Made by a program: the position numbers and the translations under genes | Notes under the pieces: generated by a model | The model's database searches: none | Told to the model about the DNA's origin: nothing | Seen by the model: the letters and a program-made list of their open reading frames with translations, nothing else | Part shown: positions 11,801-25,242 of the stretch, one piece after another | Numbering within the stretch: position 1 is the first letter of the stretch | Layout: each line of letters opens with the position of its first letter | From: Hyphochytrium catenoides | Taxonomy: Eukaryota > Protista > Hyphochytriomycota | NCBI GenBank assembly: GCA_900088475.1 | Contig: FLMG01003022.1 | Coordinates: 44,989 to 108,988 of the forward strand | Direction of reading: 5' to 3' | DNA: 64,000 nt

Positions 11801-14800
11801 TCGTAGCGTGCTGTTGAAGCTATATGCAGTTCATAATCCAGGGAAGCTACAACAGCTACACGACGAACGAGGGTCGAAGGAAGGTGATACACTTCTGAAG
11901 TTTATTATCCGGTGGCAGGCTTCTAACATTCCCTGGCCTACTCTGAGCTTTATGCCGTGTCGTCTGTCTATTGTCCTTGCTTTATATCGGCCCTTCGGCT
12001 GGGTGGCCTCGGCACTATCACTCTAAAGCAAACCTAGTGCCGCAGTAGTATTCATTTTCCTAATCCTTTATGATCCTTATAAGTAACTGCGGCAATACTT
12101 AGAAGAACTTGCGGAAGCTAACTATCTCCTCTATGATTACCTTCCCCCATTCACCATCCTCTTTCGTCATAATGCTCATCCCCTAGGCCTTACGAAGCTC
12201 CTTGTCTCCCACTATGCGGAGCTTGGTCTCTTCGGCGAAGATGAAGTTCAGCTGTCCTCTATTTCGAGTCTCAAAGAAGCTAACCCGATGGATCTCATGG
12301 AGTCAACAGTGGACTTCAATGTAGAGGTGGGGCAAAGCTATTGTCTCGTCCTCCTCTGGGTTTGCGCTATTCGTGACGCCGTTCTTATCTATGCGCGCAA
12401 AGCACTCATGCAATCACCCGGGAGTCTTCAAACTTTCACTTTTTCCTTCCGCTGGGTCCTTTATTTCAGACTCTGTCGTCCATGTACTATTACAGGTGAA
12501 GCCATTGGGCCTCCACCCGCGGCTAGGCGTCATGATAGGAGTGTCACAAGACGTCTATTCTCCCGTCAGATCCCTACATCTGCAGCCCTCCCCATCACCT
12601 GCTCCAGTTTATGAGCTTTTGACAGAGACTCAACCTGTCTTTCAGGGCGTACTCAGAGTTCTTCTTTCTGCGGGGCGAAAAGACTGGGCCAAGGAGATAG
12701 GTAAAGGCCATGGGCCCATTCCCTGCGTCCTGCCCTTACCCTCAGAGGCTCAGAGCATGCTATTCGATTTTAATCGCTGGGCAAATGCTGCATTGTGCTC
12801 TTACACCTTTATTCTCCGTGTCCTTTAGAGAGCCACCCCTCTTCACTAGGTGTTACTGCTCTTCCATCAGCCTTTCTGTGCTTTTTATATTCGAGACTGC
12901 ATGTAATCAACGCCTCGCCTGCCACCCTTCCCTCGTGTCTCTTACGTACATTACTCTACAGCTCAAAGTATATCGTTCCTGCCATACTTCTCTGCTTGTC
13001 TGGAGCTGCTGCTTCACTCCGCACTGGAGGAGGCCTACACGATAAGAAGAGCGAGGGAGAAAGCCCAACAATCTGATCGTTCAACTCCCTCTTCTTCGTC
13101 TCCCGCCATACCACCACTATTTTCACAGAACGTGGAACCTCGAGATCCTACCGATCTCTTAGTTGATGTAAGGCTTGTGACCTTACTTGGCAATGGACTT
13201 TGCTCCTCTGCTCCGTTCTCCACTTTGCTGCCGCCACTGTAGACTAGGGCTGAGGATTGTCGTTCTTCCTTGCGCAGCAACTCATCCCTTAGCAGTTGAA
13301 GACTTTTTAGGACTTTACCTTAGCGACAGGGGCTCTCCACCAAACAGCGTTATGATTGACACCTTCCTATTTTTACCTCCAAACTGTCAGGTTCTGGACC
13401 TCTGTCGGTCGTTTCCGAGCTACCCTCACATTGTAGCTTCTACTGCTAGAAAGACAGAGGCCAACCGTTGGCCTCATTTGTTTCCACTCGCGGGCGAGCC
13501 GCGACGTCTGTTTGAGCAATGCCTTAGTATGCAGCAGCTGCAGACAGCCTCGCTCTTCCTTGTGCTCATCAGTGATGTGGAGGAGATGAGCAAAGAGAGG
13601 GTCAGTAGGACCTTCTAGTCCATCCCCAACTTTCTCTTCTAACTAACCTTGCTTGCCGGAAACTGCTTTCCCATATCTTAGCTCTGACTTTTGGGCTTTT
13701 GTCTTTGCCTTACGCGTGTCCTTCCTCATCTATCAGAGGAGTTTCCAAGGACTGTTTGGACCTGACGCCCCGGATGGCGAATGGAAGCTAGGAGCTAAAT
13801 GTGCGGAAAAGCTATTAGAAACGGCTCTGTTAAAGGTTGTGAACACCTCTACCCTGCCGATCCCCCAGCTCCTAGGGTAGCCCCTTCGATAGCTTGGATA
13901 GAGCTATCAACTTTTGTCGCGGATGCTATTTCCTCTGCTTGAACCCTTCCATGTATCTCCATCATCTCCCTTAACGCTGGCTCTATCTCTTTACGATTAT
14001 AGGCGGATTACGAGCTTGCTCGAAGCATCGTAGTCTTCTCCCATCGTTTCAGGGACACCGACGTCCGGGCTTCCTCTACCGAAGGGATGCCAGGCTCTCT
14101 TCTAGGTAATAGATAACAGTTTACAAATTATTCCCAGCGACCCGCTATCCTTCCGCTCTGGTGCTAATTTTCCTTGTTTGCATGCTTTCGTGCAGGAGAA
14201 ATTGGCTTATCAGATAGGGTTCAGGAGCTGGTAAACAGCTTTGCTGTCCGTCTGCTAGGAGCTTATAAGCTATCGGAGCTCTTGAGATTTCTGGAGACTA
14301 TGAAAGTTCCCCTCCCACCAACCTCTTCTTCACCTTCTCTCCCTGTCCCATTTGACCGCGCCTTTGCCACTAAGGCAATAGAGAGCAACTTTGGCTTTAA
14401 AGCCAGCGGTGAGGTGACACTGAAATCTGACAAGGAATACCAGCTGAAAAGGCAGAAGGCAGAGTATGTACTCTTCCTTTTCCGCGTTCTCTTATGCTTC
14501 TTGACATCAACCTTCCTTTCTGCCCTGACGAACCGAGCTCCAAAGCCAGCAGCATCCTTCCTCCCGGATACTACTAGTTCAGTCGACATTTTCATTGTCT
14601 TTTAGAGTGTTCGCCTTTGTGCCATCTCTAGGTCGCAAGGTTTCAATCGAACGGGTCCTCTTTGGCTTCAACTGTTACCAATCTCTTACAAAGTTCATCA
14701 TTGTGTAACGAATCTACGCTCTCACGCACTCATGCATCAACCCATTCTACTTTTTATGCTCGATGCAGTGCCTTGTATCGGATGCTCCAGCAGGGTGGTT

Positions 14801-14871
14801 ATACGCAGTGGGTGTCGTTCCTGCAAACAACACTGATAAAGGTTGACAAGCACAGAGCCAAAGAGGTGTAA
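5837..14871 (+). CDS. RIC1: RIC1 homolog (RIC1-RGP1 Rab6/Ypt6 GEF subunit): WD40 region plus RIC1 domain, with internal PDZ and ACB insertions
   Basis: RIC1 hallmarks PYSAANWPISRFSFSKDGSRIALAG|TTGFAVYNRLAHKWRLFGNVAQERDL and YPHIVASTARKTEANRWPHLFPLAGEPRRLFEQCLSMQQLQTASLFLVLI; N-terminus MTTAFGVP. Many GT-AG introns. The 3' end is approximate. Confidence 0.92.
8211..8710 (+). other. PDZ-like domain encoded within RIC1 (split by intron 8395-8618)
   Basis: YECTIMKTDKGLGLHL...GPAELLGLIHKGDILWSIN|GKCVLGLKLKDVVQFLRHAPSGELSLRLV has a GLGF-like loop, the GPA..G.I..GD.L..ING motif, the alphaB helix and the terminal strand. Confidence 0.85.
8711..9475 (+). other. Acyl-CoA-binding (ACB/ACBP) domain encoded within RIC1 on three exons (to 8769; 9016-9115; from 9373)
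   Basis: Spliced peptide DYDALFDIALFIVSHLGLNYETGISTAEKLQLYALFKQATSGPCPFDVPSAAEPNRKKWAAWKALGQDLDVHTAKSRYVRLLLSLYG contains the ACBP motifs KL.LYAL(Y/F)KQAT.GPC and KW.AW..L and the late Tyr. Confidence 0.9.
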
Positions 14872-15230
14872 GAAGGTGACACATTAGCAAGAAGATGGAT
14901 GAAGTTGGCCAGGAGGAGGAAGACGTTTGCAGATCCTCCTTGCGACAGGAGGGCCTAGAGCTTGGACTGAGCCGCAAACAGTTCTCTCTCTGTAAAGAAG
15001 GCAACCCCTGCAGATCCCACTTCCCGTATCCCCTGCCTTATCTCCTGAAATCCAGTCTTCTCTCGAGCCTCTCTCTCCCCTCACTTCCCACAACGCAACA
15101 TACAAGGCGCCGATACCAAAGTTAGGGAGAAACATCTTATCTTATTTCCAACAAAGCCATTCTAGGTAGCTCGTCAACTTTGGCTAGCCCCTAAGTACCT
15201 AACGGTTGGACCCAATCGCCTATTATTACA

Positions 15231-18200
15231 TTAGAGCCCCTCCTCATCCATCTCGTCCTCAATCTCCTTGGCGATTTCTTCCTCCGTCTTCTCTCTTTCC
15301 TGCCTTTGCTCAGCAGATTCAAGCTCCTTCTTATAAGCGTCAGGTGGATATTGCATCGCCTGGAGGAAAGGATGAGAAAAGCAAAGAAGAAGATGAGGGT
15401 AAGACTCTGTGATGCATGTGTACAAGAGAGAGGGAGAGGAACGGACCTTGACAGCTTCATTGTGTACATCCAAGCAGAAGGTGATTCTCTTATGGAAGGC
15501 CTGCTGTGGCTCGGTAGTGACGTAGATATCAACAAATTCCTGAAACCAAAGATCCAGATAGCGTAACAAGCAAGAGGGTTAAGCGCTTAGTGACAGTTTG
15601 AAAATCCTTGGCAGGAAGAACGAACCTTTGACTGCATCCATCCCTCATCATGGCTGATTACGGCGTCAATAACTCCGTCCTTGATCGCCTATTGGGCGTA
15701 GTAAGAGTAAGACAATTAAATATGCGAAAGCGTTGTCAAAATCCAAGATAGTGGAAAGCAAAGAAGCAGACGCTAGAACAGCAGACTAAGGAAAGAAGGC
15801 GCTTCATCCATCATGAACGATTTTCAAGGCTCAACCGCGAAAGCTTAGATAGATGAATCCCGTGAGTAGGGATACTACCTTCGCGCAGACATACTCGGCG
15901 TTCTGGGCAGTGTCCAGGCCTAGCTTAGTGCATATATCCTGGTGAAGGCGAATACGGAGTCACCCGACGCAATATGGCAAATGGAGGTTAAAACGTGAGC
16001 CAGAGAACGGAGTGACAGAAAGTTAGAGCGCAACAAGCGGCGCAAAGAGTGCAACATTATGGTGCACGCACACCAGAGAGTTAGCGCAGTGCTCAAGCCA
16101 GATAGTAGCCAAAGGATTATCGCGCAAACCTGGAAAGATATCCTTGAGTACGAAGTGTTGATCTTCCTGAGGCCAGTTTTGATCACATTATGCCTCAGTC
16201 GCAAAATAAGAGAAAAGTTCTTGTCTTTCCTAAACTCTGCCTCGTGGCGCTGAAGAACTTGATTGAAGTCAGGGAGACTGCCAACACGTACAGCCTGGGG
16301 TCGCAGACAGTTAGGGATCAGAAAGCGGCACCCCAGAACGTCTCTTGAAGGGCTAGGCTGTGGCCAGCGCTACCCACGGTACTTTTCGAACATATGGCTG
16401 CTCTTCATACGGATAGGGGTTGTCTGCTCTGGCCAAGTCTCCTCCCTTCCTGTTCCTCGCTCACTCACTAAGAACTTAACCTCTCTAGTCGACCCAGCTT
16501 ACCTGAGTGAGTTCTTGATATGCCAATATGTGCTTCTTCAAATCTGTCTGATAGAATATTGAGCGTTCTGGGATCTCTCCCATGAGAAGCTGCACAATGA
16601 TTGCTAGCTTCTGGACCTATAGACCAGACAACGTCGATATTTAAAATCAGTGACCAAACCTCCACCGGCTACGGCGCCAAGAAGCTAGGTGGGTGGAACA
16701 AAGAGGATTATTTCAGGTAGGAGAGAGGAGAGAGAAGACACCAAGAATGGTGGGCCGAGAAGGGCAGCGGAGAAGCACGAAGTCTTCCTTACGGCAATAC
16801 GAAAGCCCAGGGCGGTGTTTTGTGGAGCCTTGCGGATGGATTGCGTGAGCTTGGTAAATGCCTCGGAGTAGTCCAGCTGAACAGCCTGAATGCGACCTAT
16901 CAGAGTGTATGAGGAAAAGGTTAGAGGCCGCCCGGCCAAATAGATGCTACCAAGAACAATATAGGGAGTCTAAAAAGCCAGACGGAAGGCAGGTGCAGAG
17001 GTCGAACCCACTACCAGAAACAAGATAGGAGAGTTAGCAGTTCTCACCAACATAGTAGAGATATCGGACAAATTGGTTGTTTGAGACAGACTCTGGAAAG
17101 TTCGTCTTAGAGAGGAGCTTGTAGGCCTGATCCACTAAATTGTACTGCAGATAGTTACGGAGCAGGAGGTTCACTAAAGTCGCCTGCCAATGAGCGGAGA
17201 AGAACAATGTGGTACGGGGCAAGAAAAGGTTAGGAAAGTCAGCTTCAATTTGAATCAATGGTGTCATTAGTCCTTCACCTGTCCGAACTCGTCATGACGC
17301 AAACAGGCCGTACGGTGGGCGCCGAGTAATAGGCTGAAATAGGAGATCGAGGAATGACGGGACGTCCAGAGAGAGCAGGTAAGTCGGGAAACTAAGCTAC
17401 TAACAGAGGAGCCCACGAACATCAAGCGAAATAAAAAGGGAGACATTGCCGAAAGTGCATAACCTTTCAGGACGACAAGAGGCAGTTGGGCACGTACGCC
17501 TAGAGGGGGTAGGCAGAAAAGCTTGACCATACCTCCTGATCTCGTGAGCTTTGCCTTGCCGCTCCATCAACAAAGAGTACAAAGAGTACGCACGCGCGGA
17601 GAATACGTCCAGGCTCCGTCTGTTTAGCGCTGTAGCACGGTTGATGAGGGAGACAGCTGCTGCAGTTGCCTAATGAGTGCAGTTAGTTAGGCGTGTGAAT
17701 GAGAAGAGATTGCGGATGAGAAGCGACAGGCGTATGAGGAAAGACAGTAGAGAAATGGCCAGGGCGCTTTACAGGGTTCAGGGAGTGCGTGGGACAAATC
17801 CATACCTGCGTGCCCGAACCAGCTCCGACCAATTTGGTCAGAATAACAAAATGTAGATAGATTTCAACCTCGGGCAAAAAGATCGTAGGCTTCTTTTCCT
17901 CTCCGTCTGTAGCTGGTGCGGGACCATCACTATCTACTTCCATTGCCTGTACAGGAGGATCCTGCAGGGCAGAGACGAAGCGCAGAAGTTCTTGCTTCTG
18001 GGGATTGCTATCTTCAACATAGAGCTCAACAGCCTTCTTCAACGTGGCCTTAGTCACGTGCTTCCGCACCCTAGTGGTAAGTCTTAGCACGCGACTGATC
18101 TTCGTGAGGTCCTTCTGGGCTGTGCTCTTTTCTAACAGAGAGATATTCTTCTTCAAATCTGCGAGGCGAGGTAAGAAAGGCAAATGTTTAGTCCTGGAGG

Positions 18201-18355
18201 CTGTTATTCTGGCACCAAATCAAGTGCGACGAGAGACCTCTCCATGGATCAATGGTTTCGGGCTTGGTTTCCGCTGGTGCATCCTGCTTCACAGCTTTTA
18301 CCTCCTCCTTTTCAGAGGGCTTTTTGTCTTGCTTTGAAGTCTGCTCTTTCGCCAT
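15231..18355 (-). CDS. PSMD3: 26S proteasome lid subunit RPN3
   Basis: [13 protein letters not shown]|[38 protein letters not shown]|[56 protein letters not shown] and [26 protein letters not shown]|AMQYP. Confidence 0.97.
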
Positions 18356-19130
18356 GGCCCCTCTCTCCTCACACAACGTAGAGATAAAGCAACACTTTTT
18401 TCAAGTGCCACTGTAATAAGGGCTTCACACTCTCCTCAACCTAAAAAGAGCCTCTCTGACGGACTAAAAGGAGTGATAGAGTCAAATCTCTGCGACTGAT
18501 TTTCAGATTCTATCGCCGATGCTCTGAAGATCTGAACAGTGCAGATGCAGAGATGATGAGCTTCGTGTTGTCTGGAAAAGCTTTTCTGTCTTTTCCGTGG
18601 ACTTCGCAAGATACCAACCGCTAACCCGGATTACCTACCCGTAAACCATGGATAGCACAATGTATTGCCTTCATTCCGACCCGAGATTATTATCCAAACC
18701 CGAAACCCAAATTGCTGTGACTGTTTGTCCATCATCAGAGCGCAGAGTTTGCGGCTAATCAGGAATACCTAAAGTCGTCATTCTGAATGAAAGGCAATGT
18801 GGGATACAGTATAGTGTACGACGTGTACAACTACAGCTCGTCTTTCTCTCTTCACCTCTCAACAATCCATTGATCTGCGTGTTGAGCGCGATGATGGTCG
18901 GCGAGAGAGCTTCATGATTCCTATGAATATCTTCACTCCCCATCGATCAGACCATCAGAAGCACTCATGCGACGCCGTCGGAGATGAAAGGTTTGCCTGC
19001 CTATAAAGCTGCAAGAGAGCCCGGAAGAAGGCTAGTCAGCTAGATTGCTGCTCTACCCTTGTTGTCTTGTTGCGCTTCGGGAGAGAAGCTGGAGTGAGAG
19101 TCGAGACGTCGAGTGTCTGGGAGACTAAGG

Positions 19131-22100
19131 ATGGCGGACTTCAACTTGGTGGTTGCGGACTCGGAGAGCTCGGAGGAGGATGAGCCAATGCCTTCGGTTA
19201 TATCTTCAATAGCCTCTGTAAAAAAGGGTGATGATGTCAGTTACCTTTCATATGTCTTGATGATGCTTCCGCCTGCCTTACTCTGACAAATATCTGCAAT
19301 CAAGAAGCAGGAAGCGGCACCTGTAGAGACCGAGCCGACGAAAGCTGCCGATTCAGAACAACAGCAGGAAAGAGAAAAAGAGGACTCCGGCGTCGATGAG
19401 GCTAGCTCACACCCAGAAAATGGGAATCATGGGGCGAAAAGCGCTCCTTCTGCCGCTGAGGAGCTCACTAACGTAAAGACTGAGGAGCAGCAACAGCAAG
19501 AACCTAAACGGGCAGTCCCCTCTAATGCGCCGACACCCCACGAAGTGCAGGTGGCGCCTCAATCTGAGGCTGCGGTAAGTTAGAAATAAGGTTTTATGAA
19601 GATTTTCTGGTCGCCCCCTTCAATAACCCACTGGGCTGATTCTTATGGTGCTGGACTTTCCCCTTCACCTTCAATCCGAGCTCTGTCCTCTGTCAACATA
19701 ATCTTGCCTCTCCTTTCTGTCTGATCTTGTAGCATCATGGCTTATTCGTTGCCTCCTTCCACAGAGCGACGTAGTGACTGCACAGTCAGCGTTGGACTTA
19801 CCGGTCAGCAAAGAAGATGAGAGAAAAGTTCCCTTCAAGGAGCTGCTCGGTAGGATAAATGTAAGTAGTCGACCGCGCATCTCAGCTCTGGGCAGCTGAC
19901 CCTCAATCTGGCTTATCCTTCCTCTTTTAACTACTCTGCTCCTGTATGCGAACTCCTGGGATTCCCTCAATAAGAGGAGCCAACTGTCTCAAAGGATGCA
20001 GAAAGCAGTCCAGCGTCTGGAGGAGGCTGAGTGGGATATTGAGCCGTGGAATGTTCTTGTGCAAGACGCCCAGTCGTGCAAAATTGACCTCGCGCGGCCC
20101 ATATATAACGCATTGCTTGCCAAGTATCCGACCGCGGTAAGGAATGAGTTTCAGGTTGATAGGGCAATATGGCGCGATCGGGAAGAAAAGCGAGGCCCAA
20201 GCAGCTGTTGGTGGCGGTAGCGTTTGAGGCAATACCATAGCAGTTCGGACGCTCTCTGAACCTTGGGAAGAGAAAACTAGACTCTATCGGGAGACCACAG
20301 GCTGAAGACGCCGCTCGTGATCCCGCACCGCTTTATATTGCTCTCGTAACTCTCTCCACCGAATATTCTTCCATGACTGTGTAGGGTCGTCATTGGAAGC
20401 TCTATGCTGAGCACGAGCTTCGAGCCCAGAATATCCAGCAAGTGCGGGAGATCCTTAACCGGTCGCTTCTGTCTTGTCCCAATCTGGACCTCTGGCGGTT
20501 CTATCTCACAGTCACAAAAATGACAAAGGTAACGTCATTAACTCTGCTCAGCCTTGAAAGACAGAAAATCCCCTTTCTTGACCTCCGTACCTCTCTCCCA
20601 TTAAGCTTGACAGTGTAGACAAAGAAGACCAGCAGGCCATAAAGGATGGGAGGGATGAGATGATCCGCTCATATGACTTTGCTCTGGCCAATGTGGGCAC
20701 AGCCCTAGGATCGAATGTCATCTGGCAGGAATATATTGCGTTTGTCAAAGAGGATATGGTATGCTGAAGTGCTGTAGTACGAAACTGGCACAGTCTTGCT
20801 CTTCCCTGCAGACAGCATTGCGTAGAATGTCAATTTATTGCTCTGAGGCCCTCCTTCCTTGGGTCGTCTGTTATCATCTAGGACTCCATTTTATCTCTTC
20901 ACTATCTCACAACAGCTGTCTTCTATCTCTGACATATAGCAAGAGCGTGGCTTTTATGCACTTCGTAAGATTTATCAGCGTTGCCTTTCGACCCCCATGC
21001 ACAACATGGATAGCCTGTGGAGAGAGTACGAAGCCTTTGAGAAGTCCATCCCTAACAACGAGCATCTTGTATGTACAGTCGACCAATCTCCTACTTTCTC
21101 TGTTAATGTGTCATCTGCTATTTGCTGTAAGTTGACCTTAGCCTGATAGTTTTTGACACATTTCTTATTTTATGGTCAATGTCCTCTTGATAATAGCTGT
21201 GAATAGTCGGCAGAATGACCTTGAATCGATCTGATCTTTTTCTCCTTGGACAGGCCCCAAAACTCTTAAAGGAGATGCGTCAGCGCTTTGAGTCAATGCG
21301 GGCGGTCTATAGGGAAAGAAAGGCGCTCTGGGAGCCTCTTCAAACGAACACCTTGCCCAAAAAGCTTGGTAGAGGAAAGAAAGATAGAGAACAGGTGAAC
21401 CGTCCTATGTCACTAGCAAAATCCAACGACTTTCCTTCCATCGTGGCACTACTCGTGGTCTATCGTGTCAACTCCGGAACATTCCCTGTCTCTTACTCTT
21501 ACTACTCTTATCGGCGCCCGGACCCTAAGACTTCAAGGCAAAAAGACTGCCTTCTGCCAAAAGTATCACTTCTCTGTATCTCTTACTTTAAAGCCACCAC
21601 TTTGCTTAGTCTGGTCCGCGTAGCTCCATCCTGGCGATATGTCTTTTATCATTGTCTTTAGAGTAACCTTCAATGCTGCTCTGCAACTGCTTGCTGCTCC
21701 CTAGCTCCAACAATGGCTGCGCTTGATTGCGTATGAGCTTTCAAATCCAGAGCGTCTGGACCCAGTGGCTATGCGTACTCGTCTTCGCTTCACATTTAAG
21801 AGTTGCCTGACCGCTCTTAGATTCTACCCCGAGATCTGGTGGGTTTGCTGACCTTTCATTGTTACTGGGGCTCCCAAGAATATCTCTTCTGTTTACTTCA
21901 CGTCGAATAGCGAACCGTTGCTTGCACTTCTGATTGTTGCATCACTTTACGTTTACCTGGTGTTGTTGTCCCAATCATAGTCTATTTCATATTGGCTCAA
22001 ACCCCCTTGATTGTTCCCGTCAGGGTTCGCTATGCTCAGTGGGAGCTCTCCAAAGTCGATGTGGAATCCGCTACTACTGTCTATCAAGCCGCTCTTGAGG

Positions 22101-24927
22101 CACTGCCTGAGTCAGAGCTCCTAAACTTTGCCTTCGCTGACATGCTGGAAACGAATAGCAAAAAAGAGGTCTCTCTAATGCCACTCAACGGCCTGGTTCT
22201 GGTCCCACCGCATTTGCTTCAAACAACCTTCTCTACTAGCGGAGCTCTCCTGGACTACTCTCTAGCGCCATTTCGCTCGTTGGGTACCTCCACCTCTGCT
22301 CCTTGTTCTCTTCACGGGTGCAATCTTTGCACAATACGCTGATATGTTCTTAATCTAGGAAGCTAAAAAAGTTTACGAGAATCTGGTGGAGCTCTATCCC
22401 TCACCGCTCGTTTACATCGTATTTATGCGCTTCTCTCTCAGGGCAGAGGTGAGTCAGGCCAGACTCTGCACCTTTTTGGGTGACCTCTGAACAGACTGGG
22501 AACTAATCCAATCATCATGCTATTAGGGCATTGGCGCTGCGAGAGAAGTTTTTAAAAGAGCGCGCAAAGATACGAGGGAAGGTGCCATCACTGGGCGTGT
22601 CTTCTCGGCGGCAGGTAAACCTCTCTTAGCTGGTCTACCAAATCACCCTTGAACGCCACACCGGATCTCTATGTCCCTTGAACCCTGCGATGTTCCTTCT
22701 ATAACGGCTCACGCGTTGATTTATATCTTCTTGTTGCGCCTGCACTTCTCCGATGCATTATGTTATCCCTGTTTATTCAAAAGCGTACTCTGCATGTGAA
22801 TTATCTCCATTGTATCTCAATTGATGGTCATGAACCGCTTGCCTATCGTCATGTTGGCTCGCTAACTCTGGGATCTATGCCGCAAATGCCTGCAGCTTTG
22901 ATGCACTACTACGCAGATAAGACTGAGGAAGGGAGGAATGTCGGCCTGAAGATCTTTCAACTGGGCCTGAAGAAGTACATTCAAGATCCAGACTTCGTGC
23001 TAGATTATCTAGACTTTCTGCAGCATCTCAACGACGACAACAGTAATTTCTACTTCATATCTTTCCTTTTCTCTCCTGCGTGGACGTGTTTCAGTCACCA
23101 GACGGTCAAGATCTGTTCCTCTTTCTACTAGTCATATTGCCATTACCTGTGCATAGGAACTCTTTGACCTGTCTACCATGCCTAATTCCCATCCTTGTGT
23201 CAACATCCGAGTAATTCCGTTTCTTTCCGTTCTTGCTGTCGCAGATACCCGGGTTCTTTTCGAGCATGTTCTCAATCTGATGCCCCCAGAGAAGGCTAAG
23301 CTGATCTGGCGGCGGTACCTTGTATTTGAGCTCAGCCAGGTGGCAGATGGTGGAGACTTTTCGACAGTAGCGAAGGTAGGGAACGCAAATACGGGAGTAA
23401 CTAGTTAGGCGCCAGCCTTAGATAGTTCCCAACTCTTCTGTTCCTGTCGTTTGTAAAGCTCCTCCTCTATCTTGTGTATGCGTGTATCTGTCATCACTAA
23501 CGGATTCTTCCTTTCCCGTTGACACCTCCATTATTCCAATACCTACCTTCTGCTTCATCCGTCTCCGCTGACTTCTCAGATTGAGGCTAGACGGGCGGAA
23601 GCCTATCCACAAGAGTCACAAGAACGGAGGTTTGGGCTCCTCAGTCAGGTGACCCTTCCACGTCTCCCACTTGGTGTTGGCAACGCCATCACACTTACTT
23701 CGGCCTCTGTTCTCTCGTCACTACTTTTGACCACCACCCATCCGTTGTCCAAGGTCCATCGCTATGACTGCTACGGTGTCAAACCTAGCAGTACGGTTGA
23801 CCATCAATTTCTGGAGTCCTATGACAGTGATGGAGATGTCATCCCGTACGAATCTGAGGAAAGGATAGGAGTGTCAAAGGCTGAGCAGAAGGATGGAATA
23901 GGAAGTAGAGGCATAGCAATGTATGTGGATTACCGACATGCTGAAAGAGTCTGTCTCATCGCTCTACATTGAGGAACGACTCTCTCTTCCGACCTTTACG
24001 TGACTTCACTTCCTGGTTGTTCCCTGAGCCATTTTTTCTTCTGGTGTCCCGGTTCCTACTCTTTCCTCAGCCTCAAGTCTACTACTTTACTTCTTTCCAA
24101 TTGTCCCGTCCGCTTCCTGTGCAATCCAGCTGGACCCCCGTCTGAAGTCTGACCACCTCCTGGGTAACCTTGACTCTCTGTAACGCTTTAAAGAGATCCC
24201 ACGCTGCCAGCGCTAGTGCAGAAGTTTTTCTCACAGTTACCGGGAGGAATTTGGACAGGTAGGCTGTCCTCTGTCAAAACGCTTTGTCGGGCTTTTCTAG
24301 GCCCTTTAAATCACTGGCTGGACTGTGTATGCAGAATTGTTCACCATGTGCGACTAACCCTTCCACGCAGGGCCCACCTTTGATGCGAGTTACCTCTTGA
24401 ACTGTTTAGTGAACACTAATTTGCCTGTCGAGGCAACAACAAAGCAAGATGGAGAGGTATGTATGGTTCATTTCTTGATTTGATTGTTCTTTTATTTCTA
24501 GAAAACGCAGGCATTTTACCCGTTGCCCCAAGCGAAGCTACATCTGAACTCCACAACTTGTCTAACCTCTCTTCTCCTTTGCGTTCTTCTGTTCTGGTCC
24601 ATTCTGTTGACGGTACAACCCTAGGGTGATGGCTCGCGGGGAAAGCGAAGCAGAGCCGATAGCGACGATGAGACCACAGGTGATTATTAGAGTTGCCGCT
24701 CGGTCTTGACATTTTCCCCTTACAGCGGTTCCTTTTCTCTGTTTGTCACGACTTTCCTCCACTGACGATTGTTGGGTATGCTTCATTCGTTAAGATAAAG
24801 TAATAGTTGGTCAAGCGAGAAAACTGATTATTAACTGCTGTCTCCGTCCCTTGCAGGCGATGTGGCTAGCAAAGGCGTTGGTGACATCTTTAGGGCCCGC
24901 CAACAGCAGAAGCTTAAGCTAGGATAG
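19131..24927 (+). CDS. CSTF3: Cleavage stimulation factor 77 kDa subunit (Suf/Rna14, HAT repeats) with an acidic low-complexity N-terminal extension
   Basis: HAT-repeat exons ARPIYNALLAKYPTA|GRHWKLYAEHE, CPNLDLWRFYL, YDFALANVG...IWQEYIAFVK, LRKIYQRCLSTPMHNMDSLWREYEAFE, LRFYPEIW, LVYIVFMRFSLRAE|GIGAAREVFKRARK and KIFQLGLKKY; C-terminal DIFRARQQQKL, then TAG at 24925-24927. Confidence 0.93.
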
Positions 24928-25242
24928 AGTGTACAAAGCAGAGATCCAACATGCCTAGCATACATAATAGAACAGACTCAACAAAGCTTTCCTGCCCCCC
25001 GCTTTCCCTTTGTCATCTCCTTCCAGCTTCGCTTTAAATCATCGTATCTCTCTCTTGACAGCCGCTTTCCGCTACATAACGGCCAGTTCCTTATTCTGGC
25101 TAGCTAGTATAGTCCTGCAATATCACTGCAGCAGAGATCTTCTTCTCAAAAGTATAAACGTAAGATGGGAGGACTTCAAGGCAGTAGAGGACCGCACATG
25201 GCCGTGACCACCACGTCACAGCGAGAGAGCTCGCAGAAAACC

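Noticed and set aside
18480-18580. Box C/D snoRNA-like words (atgatga, ctga)
   Set aside because: The boxes are not in a convincing order with a terminal stem, and there is no identifiable guide sequence.
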